From Okamejei kenojei (taxonomy: Eukaryota): 64,000 nt of DNA. Positions 25,901 to 35,655 of the stretch are shown here, piece by piece. A program made the position numbers and the translations under genes. The stretch's first letter is position 1. Every line of letters begins with the position of its first letter. The DNA is taken from NCBI GenBank assembly GCA_035221665.1, contig CM069145.1, positions 8,680,001 through 8,744,000 on the forward strand, in the 5' to 3' direction. A model generated the notes under the pieces. That model was not told the DNA's origin. It saw only the letters and a program-made list of their open reading frames with translations, and ran no database searches.

Positions 25901-26470
25901 AGCCCACCGGGTGGAGTCCGTTACTGGCTCCAGGATGCCTGTGGCCACCATCTCGCGAAGAGCAGACTCGACCTTGCCCCTCATGGCAAAGGACACGCGG
26001 TGCGGGGGACGGACGACCGGCGTGATGTCGGGATTGAGGGCAATCCTGTAGCTGCAGGGCAACTTCCCCAGCTTCGAGTCAAACCGGTCCGGGAATTCGG
26101 CCAGCGGGTTCAGGGGTGCCTCTACCAGGTGGACAACACTGTGGAAGCACACCAATCTGAGGTCCTGGCAGGCCTCCATGCCGAGCAGGGGGTCACATTT
26201 ACCGTCTAGCAGGAAGAAAGAGAGGGGCCGAGAGGTCTTCAGCACCTTGCAGTGGAGAGTGGCCCTCCCCACAGGAACAAGTACGCCACCCCCATAGGCA
26301 CGCAAAACAGCACTGTCTGTGGAAACGGGCTCATTATTTCTTATCTTCCTGAACAGGCTTGTTGACATAACATTAGCAGCAGCCCCCGTATCCACCTTAG
26401 CAGAGAAGGCCATGCCATTCACCGTGACTCGGACGGTCGGGTCCGTTATCAGAGCAGCTGCACCTCCCAC
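22976..26470 (-). mobile_element. Ty3/Gypsy LTR retrotransposon fragment: pol, PPT and partial 3' LTR; no gag or 5' LTR
   Basis: PR-RT-RH-IN domain order; PPT GGTAGAGGAAGGA followed by TGT at 23162; AATAAA at 22999-23004 on the minus strand. Confidence 0.93.
23373..24578 (-). CDS. Gypsy integrase (HHCC and D,D35E), frameshifted from pol
   Basis: AHCGHPG..CPTC; LATDIF, QSDNG, SNGLAERAV; C-terminal GQVVRM..PRSYLV..YRR. Confidence 0.85.
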   Translation of the reverse strand: MPYFLVRDELVLRDGVIVKGHKVVVPAALREQYFETAHCGHPGAEATLAVAQSQFFWPDMPRYFRDRVSACPTCNSLAPQQQRQPLLQQPAADLPWSALATDIFEWHGKHFLMLVDSYSSWFEVDQLHSLSSSAVIEKLRRHFATFGSPASLQSDNGSQFTSAEFRAFAERWNFRHYTSSPEYPQSNGLAERAVRSAKGLLERCRLSRSDIYLALLNLCNISRDHALGSPAQQLMSRVTRPMVPVSQQSLSPSVFKPALVLKRIAQKHSIQKRSHDRSCRVLRPLLPGQVVRMRSTSGHSKLAVVVGSAGSPRSYLVNHDGRVYRRSHQHLRLMNEPLPPPAAPYAPPLPLSRPSALPDPLGPTPPRPPPVRLPAAAFSGFLVLLFAVHPDAFVAKGFSCP

Positions 26471-26506
26471 AAGAATTTTAAATGTTTCTATAAGATCCCC
26501 TCTCAT
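24530..26506 (-). CDS. Gypsy pol: protease, reverse transcriptase, RNase H (first 12 aa are CR1-derived)
   Basis: VDTGA protease motif, LDAKS, RMPFG, IIVDDIL, RFLGMVNY, LTCDAS, VETDHQPL; frameshift near 24590-24630 before the integrase. Confidence 0.85.
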   Translation of the reverse strand: MRGDLIETFKILVGGAAALITDPTVRVTVNGMAFSAKVDTGAAANVMSTSLFRKIRNNEPVSTDSAVLRAYGGGVLVPVGRATLHCKVLKTSRPLSFFLLDGKCDPLLGMEACQDLRLVCFHSVVHLVEAPLNPLAEFPDRFDSKLGKLPCSYRIALNPDITPVVRPPHRVSFAMRGKVESALREMVATGILEPVTDSTRWASTMVVAAKKDKSEIQIRINPKDLNLAIRRPHDPMRTVEDVAAQVGPATVFSVLDAKSLFWQIPLDERSSHLMTFSTPFGRYRFLRMPFGINSASEVFQRTMEQLFAGLPCAIIVDDILVYGKNVAEHDHHLRQVLQRAREVNLKLNPKKCRFRVPEVTYVGHVFTASGLKLDPQKTAAISEMPAPADVPGLQRFLGMVNYPGKFIPDLSELSAPLRDLVKKDTAWAWFPQHQKAFDTLKSKLISMPTLKYFDLQRPIVLTCDASKFGLEAACLQIHDGVQLSVSYASRTMMTAEQHYAQIEEELLAVVFACSKFKDYILGNCFTVETDHQPLVTILNKPIHMASSRLQRMMLQLQRRTFTVVYRKGKDMFVADTLSWAPLSSTTRHPYETSDLIVLGVNFVPSSQLKSLAKHTAADASLQQLAAIIKQAGQTAVLPCRPQRCLTSWFVTSWCCVMV

Positions 26507-26611
26507 CTAAATTCCAGTGAATATACTGTAAACCCAGTCGATCCATTCTTTCATCATATGTCAGTCCCGCCATCCCGGGAATTAACCTGGTGAGTACACT
26601 GCACTGCCTCC

Positions 26612-26948
26612 CTGGATTTGGCTGGACCTCAAGGAAATTGGCATTGTGAGGGCCCAAGGGACTCAATCGCAACATTGTGTGGGCCCAGGAAACCCAGACC
26701 TGGCATCAGATGGGCCCTGGAAACCCAGTCTCAATATTGTGTAGGACCTGGGGACCCATTCTCAATATTGGGTGGGCCCAAGGCACATATTCAACATTGG
26801 GTGGGCTTTGGAATCCCAGTATCAGTAATAAATAGGGCCCCGAGGACATAGACCCAACATTGGGTGAGAGCTGGGGAGCCAATATGAACTTTGACTGGGG
26901 TCCAGCAATCCCAGCCTGGCAACCTGTCCAAATATTGGATGAGTCCTA
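26612..26948. repeat. Degenerate ~31-bp minisatellite, about 10 copies
   Basis: Recurring caacattgggtgggccc(t)gggracccagtct-like units. Confidence 0.6.
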
Positions 26949-26981
26949 GGTCTGAAGAGGGTCTTGACCCGAAACGTCACC
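26949..26981 (+). ncRNA. Minimal type I hammerhead ribozyme motif (PLE type), intact core
   Basis: GGT-CTGAAGA-GGGTC-TT-GACCC-GAAA-CG-TC-ACC: 3-bp stem I, 5-bp stem II and palindromic ACGT stem III. Confidence 0.75.
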
Positions 26982-28592
26982 CATTCCTTCTCTCCAGAGA
27001 TGCTGCCTGTCCCACTGAGTTACCCCAGCATTTTGTGTCTACCGATTTAAACCTTTCCTAAACAATGACTCCGAACTGCACCTGCCACAGTGACTCAGGC
27101 TCAGCGTGGGATCGGCAACAGGAACCCAGTCCTGATATCCGCTAGGCACGGGAGTCCAATCTCAGCATAGTGAGGTAGTTGGGGACTGTGCAGTGGGTGA
27201 AGAGGCAAATAATTCCCATGAGCTTTGAGCTGCTGTTCCCATCGCACTCCTCCTATTCACCCCCTGGCAAGGGGCTTTGGGGCGAACTAAATGATCATGG
27301 CACTTGCTGTTCCTTTTAAGGATTTGTGATCGCCATGTGAATTCCAAGTTCTACTTCCATGGCATATTTTGCTTTGATGGGAAAATTGCTTTTCTGTATC
27401 AGTGTACTACAGGATGTCCACCTTTCCTTTGCCTATCTCAGTTACCCATTCTACTGAAAACAGAGACAAAATGCTGGAGTAACTCAACGGGACAGCCAGC
27501 ATCTCTGCAGGGAAGGAATGGGTGAACAAAGGCCTTAACCCAAAATTTTACCCACTCCCTCTCTCCAGAGATGTTGCCTATCCCGCTGGGTTACTCCAGC
27601 ATTTTGTGTCTATTTTTGGTGTAAATCAGCATCTGCTTTTCAAAGTCAGCGTTTACAAGGACAGGAGCACTTGGTGGGTGATGCTATAACACTCATTCGA
27701 TTGTCAAAACTGAAAGGAAATTCCACCCACTATTTGTGTGGCCTGAACTGTTTTGTGGGTTAGTAATCAATAGACAATAGACAATACGTGCAGGAATAGG
27801 CCATTTGGCCCTTTGAGCCAGCACCGCCATTCAATGTGATCATGGCTAATCATTCCCACTCAGTACCCCGTTCCTGCCTTTTCCCCATATCCCCTGAGTC
27901 CGCTATCTTTAAGAGCCCTATCGACCACATACTGTATGAATAGGGTGGTGGTTTGCCATGTACGTTCACCTGCATGCACACATCACCATGTTAAACCAGA
28001 CCATTGATAGTACATTAAGTGCTGGAGCAACTTGGTGGGTCAGGCACCAACTCTGGAGGACATGGATACTGTAGGTGATGTTTTGCACATGTACCTTCTT
28101 CAGTCTAAAAAAAGCTCCCGACCTAAACCTTTACCTATCCATGTTCTCGAGAGATGCTGCCTGACCTTCTGAGTTACTCCAGCACATTGTGTTTTTTTTT
28201 GTGTGCAAACCCGCGACTGCTGTTCCTTCTTTCTCAACATTTCTGATACTTGCTGGGAAAGCACACTAGTAAACTGTGTTCTTCAATAAACCCCCTGTTC
28301 CCAGCTTATGATTTACCATTCCCCGTTACCAAGCAGAAAATGTGTTTAAATGTATGAATAATCAAACAAATTCTATCATTTATTGACTGCTATTCGCACT
28401 CAGTGTGTACCAAAATACAGTAAGAAATTATGCATTTCTGAATCTGATTTTACTTCGGAGTCACGTGAGTGATTACGTGACGACCCCGCCAGCACGCATG
28501 CTTCAGCGCCGCTCCTCCAGCGTAAGTTTAAAAACGGCCCGCAGGTAAGTACTTACCATTCCTGAGGTCGTTGTCAGCTCTGTATTGTTTGC

Positions 28593-29693
28593 ATGACAGA
28601 GCGCACCAACATGGAGTCCAGGACAAAGTCCAAACGAGCCGCTGCCAAGATTGCTGCTGAGGACCGCGAAGGAGGCCGCCAGCAGCGGTCGAGTTCTCCA
28701 GAACTGCTGATACAAACTGTAGCCCCCGACTTCACGCCGCTACAGCCCGCAGGTGCTCCTCGGACTGGCGGCAAAACCACCTGGAAGTCGGACAGGTCCG
28801 TTGACTCGGCTGAGTTCGGGCTGGAGGACACCTCGCCCGCGGGAAGCGACAGTGCTCGACTATCCCGCATGGAGTGGATGGTGGAGCAGTTGCTCCAACG
28901 TGACCTGCTGCAGCAGGGGTATGGTCACAGTGGGTCTCTTAGCAGACCCACGGCAGCACCCTTTACAGGGCTGCCAAATGTCTCACCCTCCTTGCAGGGG
29001 AGCATAAGGAGTCAGAACTGGGCTGACTCTGAAGAGGGGAGTGTGGCTGAAGATACACCTATGCTAGGGGTGTCAGAAGAGGAGCTATTGGGAATGGTCA
29101 CGAAATTTGCAATGCCTACCCAAAAAGGGCTGCCGTTGCATCCAAAGTTGGCAGCCAGTATCAACTACATGGCAACAAACCAACTTCAAGAACAAGCCAT
29201 TAATGACACGGCAGCCAAATACTTAGCTCCGGAGAATTGTGTCTCCCTCAACGTGCCTGCTGTTAACAACCCCATTTGGGGTAACATGAGCCCTGGCATC
29301 AGGAGCCAGGAAGTGAAGCTCCAGAAGATTCTTAAACTACTGGCTGCTGGAATTACGGCCGTTGCCAGGTCAGTGGACGGAGTGGAAATGCCGGAAGAGC
29401 TACAGGATGCTCTAGCTCTCCTATGTAACACTCAGTATGAGATAAATAGATACAGGAAGGGTGTCATCCGGCCTGCACTGAACCCCAAGTTTGCGGGGTT
29501 GTGCAGACCCAGCAGTGCACAGCCGCCAACATTACTATTCGGGGACAACCTGCCTAAACAGGTAAAAGACCTCGATGAAGAGGCAAAGGCAATAGGCATG
29601 ATTAAGGTGCCGCCTGCCACCGTCTTCATACCAGCGGCGGCAGCACCCCTATGCATCCACCAGCAGACAACGCTACAACAGCTGAATTCTTAA
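28593..29693 (+). CDS. DIRS gag-like ORF1
   Basis: 366-aa ORF directly after the left ITR; PENC..L.VP.VN..IW and LLFGDNL are shared with the decayed gag of the second DIRS. Confidence 0.75.
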   Translation: MTERTNMESRTKSKRAAAKIAAEDREGGRQQRSSSPELLIQTVAPDFTPLQPAGAPRTGGKTTWKSDRSVDSAEFGLEDTSPAGSDSARLSRMEWMVEQLLQRDLLQQGYGHSGSLSRPTAAPFTGLPNVSPSLQGSIRSQNWADSEEGSVAEDTPMLGVSEEELLGMVTKFAMPTQKGLPLHPKLAASINYMATNQLQEQAINDTAAKYLAPENCVSLNVPAVNNPIWGNMSPGIRSQEVKLQKILKLLAAGITAVARSVDGVEMPEELQDALALLCNTQYEINRYRKGVIRPALNPKFAGLCRPSSAQPPTLLFGDNLPKQVKDLDEEAKAIGMIKVPPATVFIPAAAAPLCIHQQTTLQQLNS

Positions 29694-29816
29694 GACCACA
29701 TTCAAAAGGGGTAATTGAGAAAACCAAAAGAGAGTCTCATGAGTTTGTATCGAACATTTTCACTAAAAATAACATTTTCAAATCAATAAGACGGCGGATG
29801 CCGCGTCATTATTGAT

Positions 29817-31209
29817 TTGACAGAACTGAATACTTTTGTGCAGTATGCCCACTTCAAAATGGAAACTTTTGTCACTGCCAAACAACTAGTTTCCAAGAGG
29901 TACTTCATGGCTTGCATCGACCTAAAGGATGCATACTATTCAGTACCAATAGACAAGGGTCATCGCAGATATATAGCGCTGCCTAATGGATTATCATCAG
30001 CACCCAGACTGTTTACCAAATTATTAAAACCAGCTTTAGCGTGTCTCAGAAAACAAAAACATATTATTATGGCTTACCTCGATGACATTTTAATCGTGGG
30101 GAAAACCTTGGAGCTGGCCAAATTGGCTGTCTCAGCCACTGAGCACTTATTTCAAAAGCTGGGGTTTATCATCCACCCAGATAAATTAAAATCAATGCCT
30201 TCTAACACTATGCACTATTTGGGATTCACAATTGACTCTGTTCATATGTCTGTCACTTTGCCACGGAACAAAGCGTCAGACTTGATAGAAGCATGCAACA
30301 GCCTTACTGGCATCAGGAAATTGTCGATTCGGCAAGTAGCCAGGGTGATTGGGAAGCTTGTGGCTGCTGTCCCAGCCACACAATTTGGGCCACTGCATTA
30401 CCAAAACCTACAAAGGGCAAAAATAGCAGCGCTCAAGCACCATGTGGGCCATTTTGACAGGCCAATGTAATTACCAGGGAAAGTAAAATTGGAATTACAA
30501 TGCTCGACATTGCTCTAACCCCATCACAATCACAAATCCCTCGGTTATACTACAAACTGATGCCAGCGCACAAGGCTGGGGAGCAACTAATACCACCTCC
30601 AGTTGCGGTGGTAGATGGAATGCACATGAATTAACCCTACTCCCGGCACTGGGAATTAATTATTTAGAAATGCTGGGAGCATTTCATGGACTCGGGGCTT
30701 ACTGTTCGGTCATGCACCATCTGCACGTACGCTTACAAATTGATAATACCACTGTGGTGGCTTATATCAATCATATGGGTGGAATAAAGTCGATATCCTG
30801 TGACGAATTGGTCAATACAATCTGGCACTGGTGCCTAGAAAGGAGCATTTGGATATCAGCCACTTACCTTCCAGGTAGGCTAAATACAGTGGTGGACACC
30901 AGGTCACGCACGTTTAATGACAACACCGAATGGATGTTGGACCGCAAAGTGTTTGTCGATATTATAGATCGGTATGGAACACCAGATATCGACATTTTTG
31001 CATCCAGACTTAATCACCAAATATCAACATATGTTGCATGGGAACCAGACCCTGGGGCAGTAGTGATGGACGCTTTCTCGCTACACTGGGGGGATTTGTT
31101 TTTCTATGCATTTCCCCCTTTCTGCCTCATCAGTCGGGTCTTGCAAAAAATTAAACAAAACACCGCATTGGGTATTCTGGTTGTGCCCGACTGGCCTATT
31201 CAACCATAG
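29817..31209 (+). pseudogene. DIRS RT-RNaseH-adenine methyltransferase-like ORF, disrupted
   Basis: HFKMET, IDLKDAY, LPNGLSSAPRLFTK, AYLDD, IDNTTVVAYINHMGG, DIFASRLN, YAFPPF, VVPDWP. Confidence 0.88.
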
Positions 31210-31331
31210 TTCCCTGTGGAACTAGACATGGTCTCAGAACCGTGCATTCCAATACCTAAACGGCTGAGTTTATTGGTACACCCTGTGACAGGGGAGAGTC
31301 ACCTATGCCATGACCGGATGAACCTATTGGT

Positions 31332-32307
31332 TTGCAGGGTTTGAAAAGGCCACTTCTGGATTTTGGACTCTCGGACCGAACAATCAATATCATCACAGCA
31401 TTGTGCACGGAGTCCACCAGGAGACAGTACCTCACTTACATGAAGAAATGGGAGGTGTTCTGTACCAAAACAAACACCACATATGACACAGCCACCATCA
31501 CGGAAGTGCTGGAGTTCCTGGCGAGACTTCATTTCGATGAAGGTTTGAGCTACAGTGCCATCAACTGTGCCAGAAGTGCCTATCCAATTATCTCGGGCAA
31601 GGTTACAATCACCTTACAGTAGGGTCTCACCCTTTGGTGTCGAAACTAATGAGGGGAATATTTAATTGAAATCCCCCCAGGCCTAGATATTCCCAGACCT
31701 GGGATATCGGCACTAATGATGCTCCGAGGGTGGGCACCAATAACGGCCCTTTAATTGGACAAATAGACCTACAAAATGGTAATGCTGATGGCACGTGTGA
31801 TGGTGCAATGGGTCCAGTCCCTACACAAGCTAAGTATGGACGCCATGGTTATAACCAACAAAAAGGTAACTTTCTTTATACAGGGGTTACTCAAACAAGA
31901 CAGGCCTGGATCATCTGGCCGAAAGTTGGATTTCCTGGCTTACCCCTTAGACAGCTGTTTATGTATAGTGACCCACCTTTTACACTATATGGAGGTCACC
32001 AAGTGTCTCAGGGGCAAGGAGAGGGCTTTGCTTATGTCACAAACGTCCTCATCACAGAATCACAGTGTAAACCATTTCAAGATGGTTAAGGGTGGTATTG
32101 GGTGCAGCGGGGGTGGACACTAACGTGTTTAAATCTCATTCCACCAGGGCTGCATCCACATCGGCGGCAAGGATGATGGAAGTTCCAATGGACCACATCC
32201 TTGCAACAGCGGGTTGGACAAATGAGAAAACCTTTCAGCGGTTTTATAATAAACCTGTGGCCATGCCTGAGACGTTTGCCAACAGAATATTAAGTTCTGT
32301 ATTATAA
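31332..32307 (+). pseudogene. DIRS tyrosine recombinase ORF, disrupted
   Basis: GLSYSAINCARSA, LKQDRPG, FKSHSTRAASTS..GWTNEKTFQRFYNKP across several frames. Confidence 0.88.
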
Positions 32308-35300
32308 TTTCCCCGATGTAGGGGTATTATTATTTGGTATTGTTAAATAAATACTCTTTTGTTTTTCAGCACAGTTTCATGTCTGAAATACGTTAACATA
32401 CTTCCTCCATTTGTCATTATGGCAGTGTGTGAGCATGGACTCGTTCCAGGGCATGAAATCACAGAGCTTTGAAATCTTCACGTAGTCACCCACATGACTC
32501 CGAAGTAAAATTGTAAGATTAAATGAGAACTTACCAGTTTGAAGTTTGATCTTTATTTTATGAGGAGTTACGATGAGGGATTACGTGCCCTCCGCTCCCA
32601 AACCCTCTATTATAAAAGTCAACTGGTATGATAGTTCTCTTATCTTACTATGTTAGTCAACTCTGTTATCTGTGATTTCACACCGCTGCTTTGAAGGATG
32701 TCGCGCATGCATGCTGGCGGGGTCTTCACGTAATCCCTCATCGTAACTCCTCATAAAATAAAGATCAAACATCAAACTGGTAAATTCTCATTTAATCTTA
32801 CTATTTACTGTTGGAATGTAGAAACTCCAGCAGCCAATTTAAAGACTTCAATTGCCCATAATTAACAGCTCATCCAAAAGATGGATGCAAACCCACAGTG
32901 CAGCACCGGAGTGTCAGCTCATATCCTGCACTTGTTGCTGGAGTGGGACGTCAATCAACACCTTTCTTCATTCAGATGGGAAAATGGTACCCCAATGAGC
33001 CATGGCTGATACTATAGCGTTGCCAAAAATGGAAATAAAGTGACTTGGGGACATTATGTTGTGCTGGTGGAGATTTTCCAGTGTCTGCACTCAGACAGGT
33101 GAGAGTGCTGATCAAAATGCCTGAAGCATGTTTGTTTGATTGTTCAGGGATTAGGGAAGAAAGACAATATTCTGAGCAGCATGTTTCGGCAGAATCCGAA
33201 TATCTCCAAGGTGGGACATATGGATAATTATTATTCTGAGGAAATATCATCAACATAATTTAATCTTGCGGTAAAATGAGAAGAAACAGTTCCTCTGGTT
33301 ATTCATGCGATTTTTTTTGCAAAAACAAAACAGATGCTGGAGACAATCATCTACCTGTCTGAAGACAGACACAAAATTGCTGGAGTAACTCCCTGTCTAA
33401 CTCCCTCTAATTATTAACCATTACAAGTAAGTAGATTAGTTTGAATGATATTCCCAGTTGACATTAAGCATTGCAACATTAGACCCATGCCTGATTCACA
33501 GTAAACATCCCAGATATGTACAGTTTAAGGAAAACTAGTTGTCAAAATATTCAAAACATCAGAAAAAGCAGGAATAGACATTCATAGTGGAAGGGAAATA
33601 TAAAAGTCATTATTATTCCAAAAACAATTCTAATTACAAAATTGTTGGTTGTAATGTCTTTTTATGTTATCATGGAAATAAACACAACTTCTATGATTGT
33701 CAACAAACATCACAGACCACGTTTGCATCCCATTAGAATGCAAAAGGATGTCTTCAGTGGGAGACTGAAAATCCATAATAACTGCCAGACTATCTGTTTG
33801 AGGTCCACATGGGATTGCTTTTTAATTAGAAGATACTATGAAATTGTTTGGCTTCAGTCATAATCAAAAAACGATTACAACAGTTTCCACATATATGAGT
33901 ACAGAAATACTACCATAATATGTTTCCACAATGACAACCTTAATGAAAAGATAAACTTCAGTAATTGGCAATTTACGTCTATCTAACATGCAAATGTTAA
34001 CCTAAGTTCTGCAATTAACATTAGAAAACAGTGCTAAAGACTTAGCAGATCAGACAGCATTTGTGGAGAGAGAAGTAATGGTTCAGGTCTTTTGAAAGCT
34101 GATCAGAACTGGGAACTTTTGGAGTATTGCTTTTATTTTGATTTCTATCATCTGTACTATTTTACTTCTGGTTTGAAACAACTCGTAAGACTTAATAATG
34201 GTCATAAAACAGCTTTTTATAATTTTTGAATATCGAGAATTTACAACCGAAAAATGATACCTAACTATAGAAAGGTATTTAAGAACAAACATTGATAAAC
34301 CTGCATACCAAAACACCCTTGCATATGGCATAAATATGTTCTGGATATTTATGCCAACAAATATCTATTGAGCTTGGGTAGATTTTCAACACAAAATGCT
34401 GGAGTAGCTCAGGCAGCATCTCTGGAGAGAAGGAATGGGTGACGTTTTGAGTCGAGACCCTTCTCAGTTCCTTCCTGCATGGGTAGATTTTAAAGGTTAT
34501 TGATCATTAGGTATATTGTGATCAGCATGTTTGTACAGGATACCAAAATAAAATTAATCGATCCACCAAGAGTGAATAATTATGGTGGGAAACTTTTGAC
34601 ACGATTGAAGATAATCTGGACAATTTGTGACAACAGTTACTGATAGAATGTCATATAAAATACAGTGTCATATGTTGACGATGTTCATCTGCTGACATTT
34701 AATATGCAAGGACATCAATCTTAAAGTAAGCCAGACATTTCAGTTCTTCCAGAAAAAATATTCAATATTTATTGAAGAGATGTATGGCAGCAAAAAAACT
34801 GAATTAATGAATGTAACCAGTTATCATAATATGCAAAAGTCATGAGCAGGACCACATAGCCTAGCATCACAGACATCAGGATCAAATAGAATCTCTAGTA
34901 ATTGCTATCTTTCTGGTTTTGTGAAAGAGACAACAGGGAATATGTTATGCTTTGCTGTCAAATCCGCAAGCAGGGCTGTAACTACAATTCCACTTTCGCA
35001 AAAATGTGCGTTTGCTGTGAAAAAAAAATCCTGAATTGCATATTGTGAAAGCACTTAATGAAGTCTAAAAATACCTCATGGCAGTGTGGTGTTACAGAAG
35101 CAAAGTCGGTCGGATTTAAGGTTAAACCCAAGAATCTCTCGTAAGCAGCAGTTATGATCTCAGTGTTGCTGCCGGAGAAAGTGGCAGCAACACAGAGTGC
35201 AGCTTCATAAGAAAGGAGAGGCGGTCGGTCTAGTTTGAGAGCAATTTTATGGAGGTCAAGAGTTTATAATCCTGCTGGGATTTCAGGTGGAGGAAGACTT

Positions 35301-35361
35301 CTAATTAGCAAAGGAGAAAGAAAGAAAAATGCGTTAAAAATATGAATGCTTACAAACTATG

Positions 35362-35655
35362 TTTAGTTTAGAGATACAGTGTGGAAACAGGCCCTTCGGC
35401 CCAACGAGTCCGCACCGACCAGCGATCCCCGCACATTAACACTGCCCTACACGCATTAGGGACAATTTACACTTATACCAGGCCAATTAACCTACAAACC
35501 TGCACGTCTTTAGAGGAAATCGAAGATCCCGGGGAAAACCCACAAAGGTCACGGGGAGAATGTACAAACTCTGTACAGACAGCACCCGTAGTCAGGATCG
35601 AACCGTGTCTCTGGCGCCGCAAGGCAATAGCTCCACCGCGACACCACCAGGCTGC
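35362..35655 (-). mobile_element. tRNA-derived V-SINE (HE1-like)
   Basis: Reverse complement of the 56150 copy, with (tttag)n tail. Confidence 0.82.

Larger units (their letters stand above)
22618..26610 (-). mobile_element. CR1 3' fragment split into 22618-22975 and 26471-26610 by a Gypsy fragment
   Basis: Both pieces are collinear with the CR1 at 42545-43050; ~13 nt (tgtccaacccctt in that copy) is missing at the break. Confidence 0.85.
28448..32806 (+). mobile_element. DIRS1-type tyrosine-recombinase retrotransposon, both ends intact, ORFs decayed
   Basis: TTT termini; left ITR ~28448-28501; ICR ~32476-32587 complementary to both ends; right ITR plus extension ~32705-32806; gag-like ORF, RT YLDD, RNase H LQTDAS, methylase YAFPPF, YR HSTRAAS..GW..TFQRFY. 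Confidence 0.95.

Noticed and set aside
23225-26510. Several + strand ORFs of 100-215 aa
   Set aside because: Antisense shadows of the GC-rich Gypsy pol.
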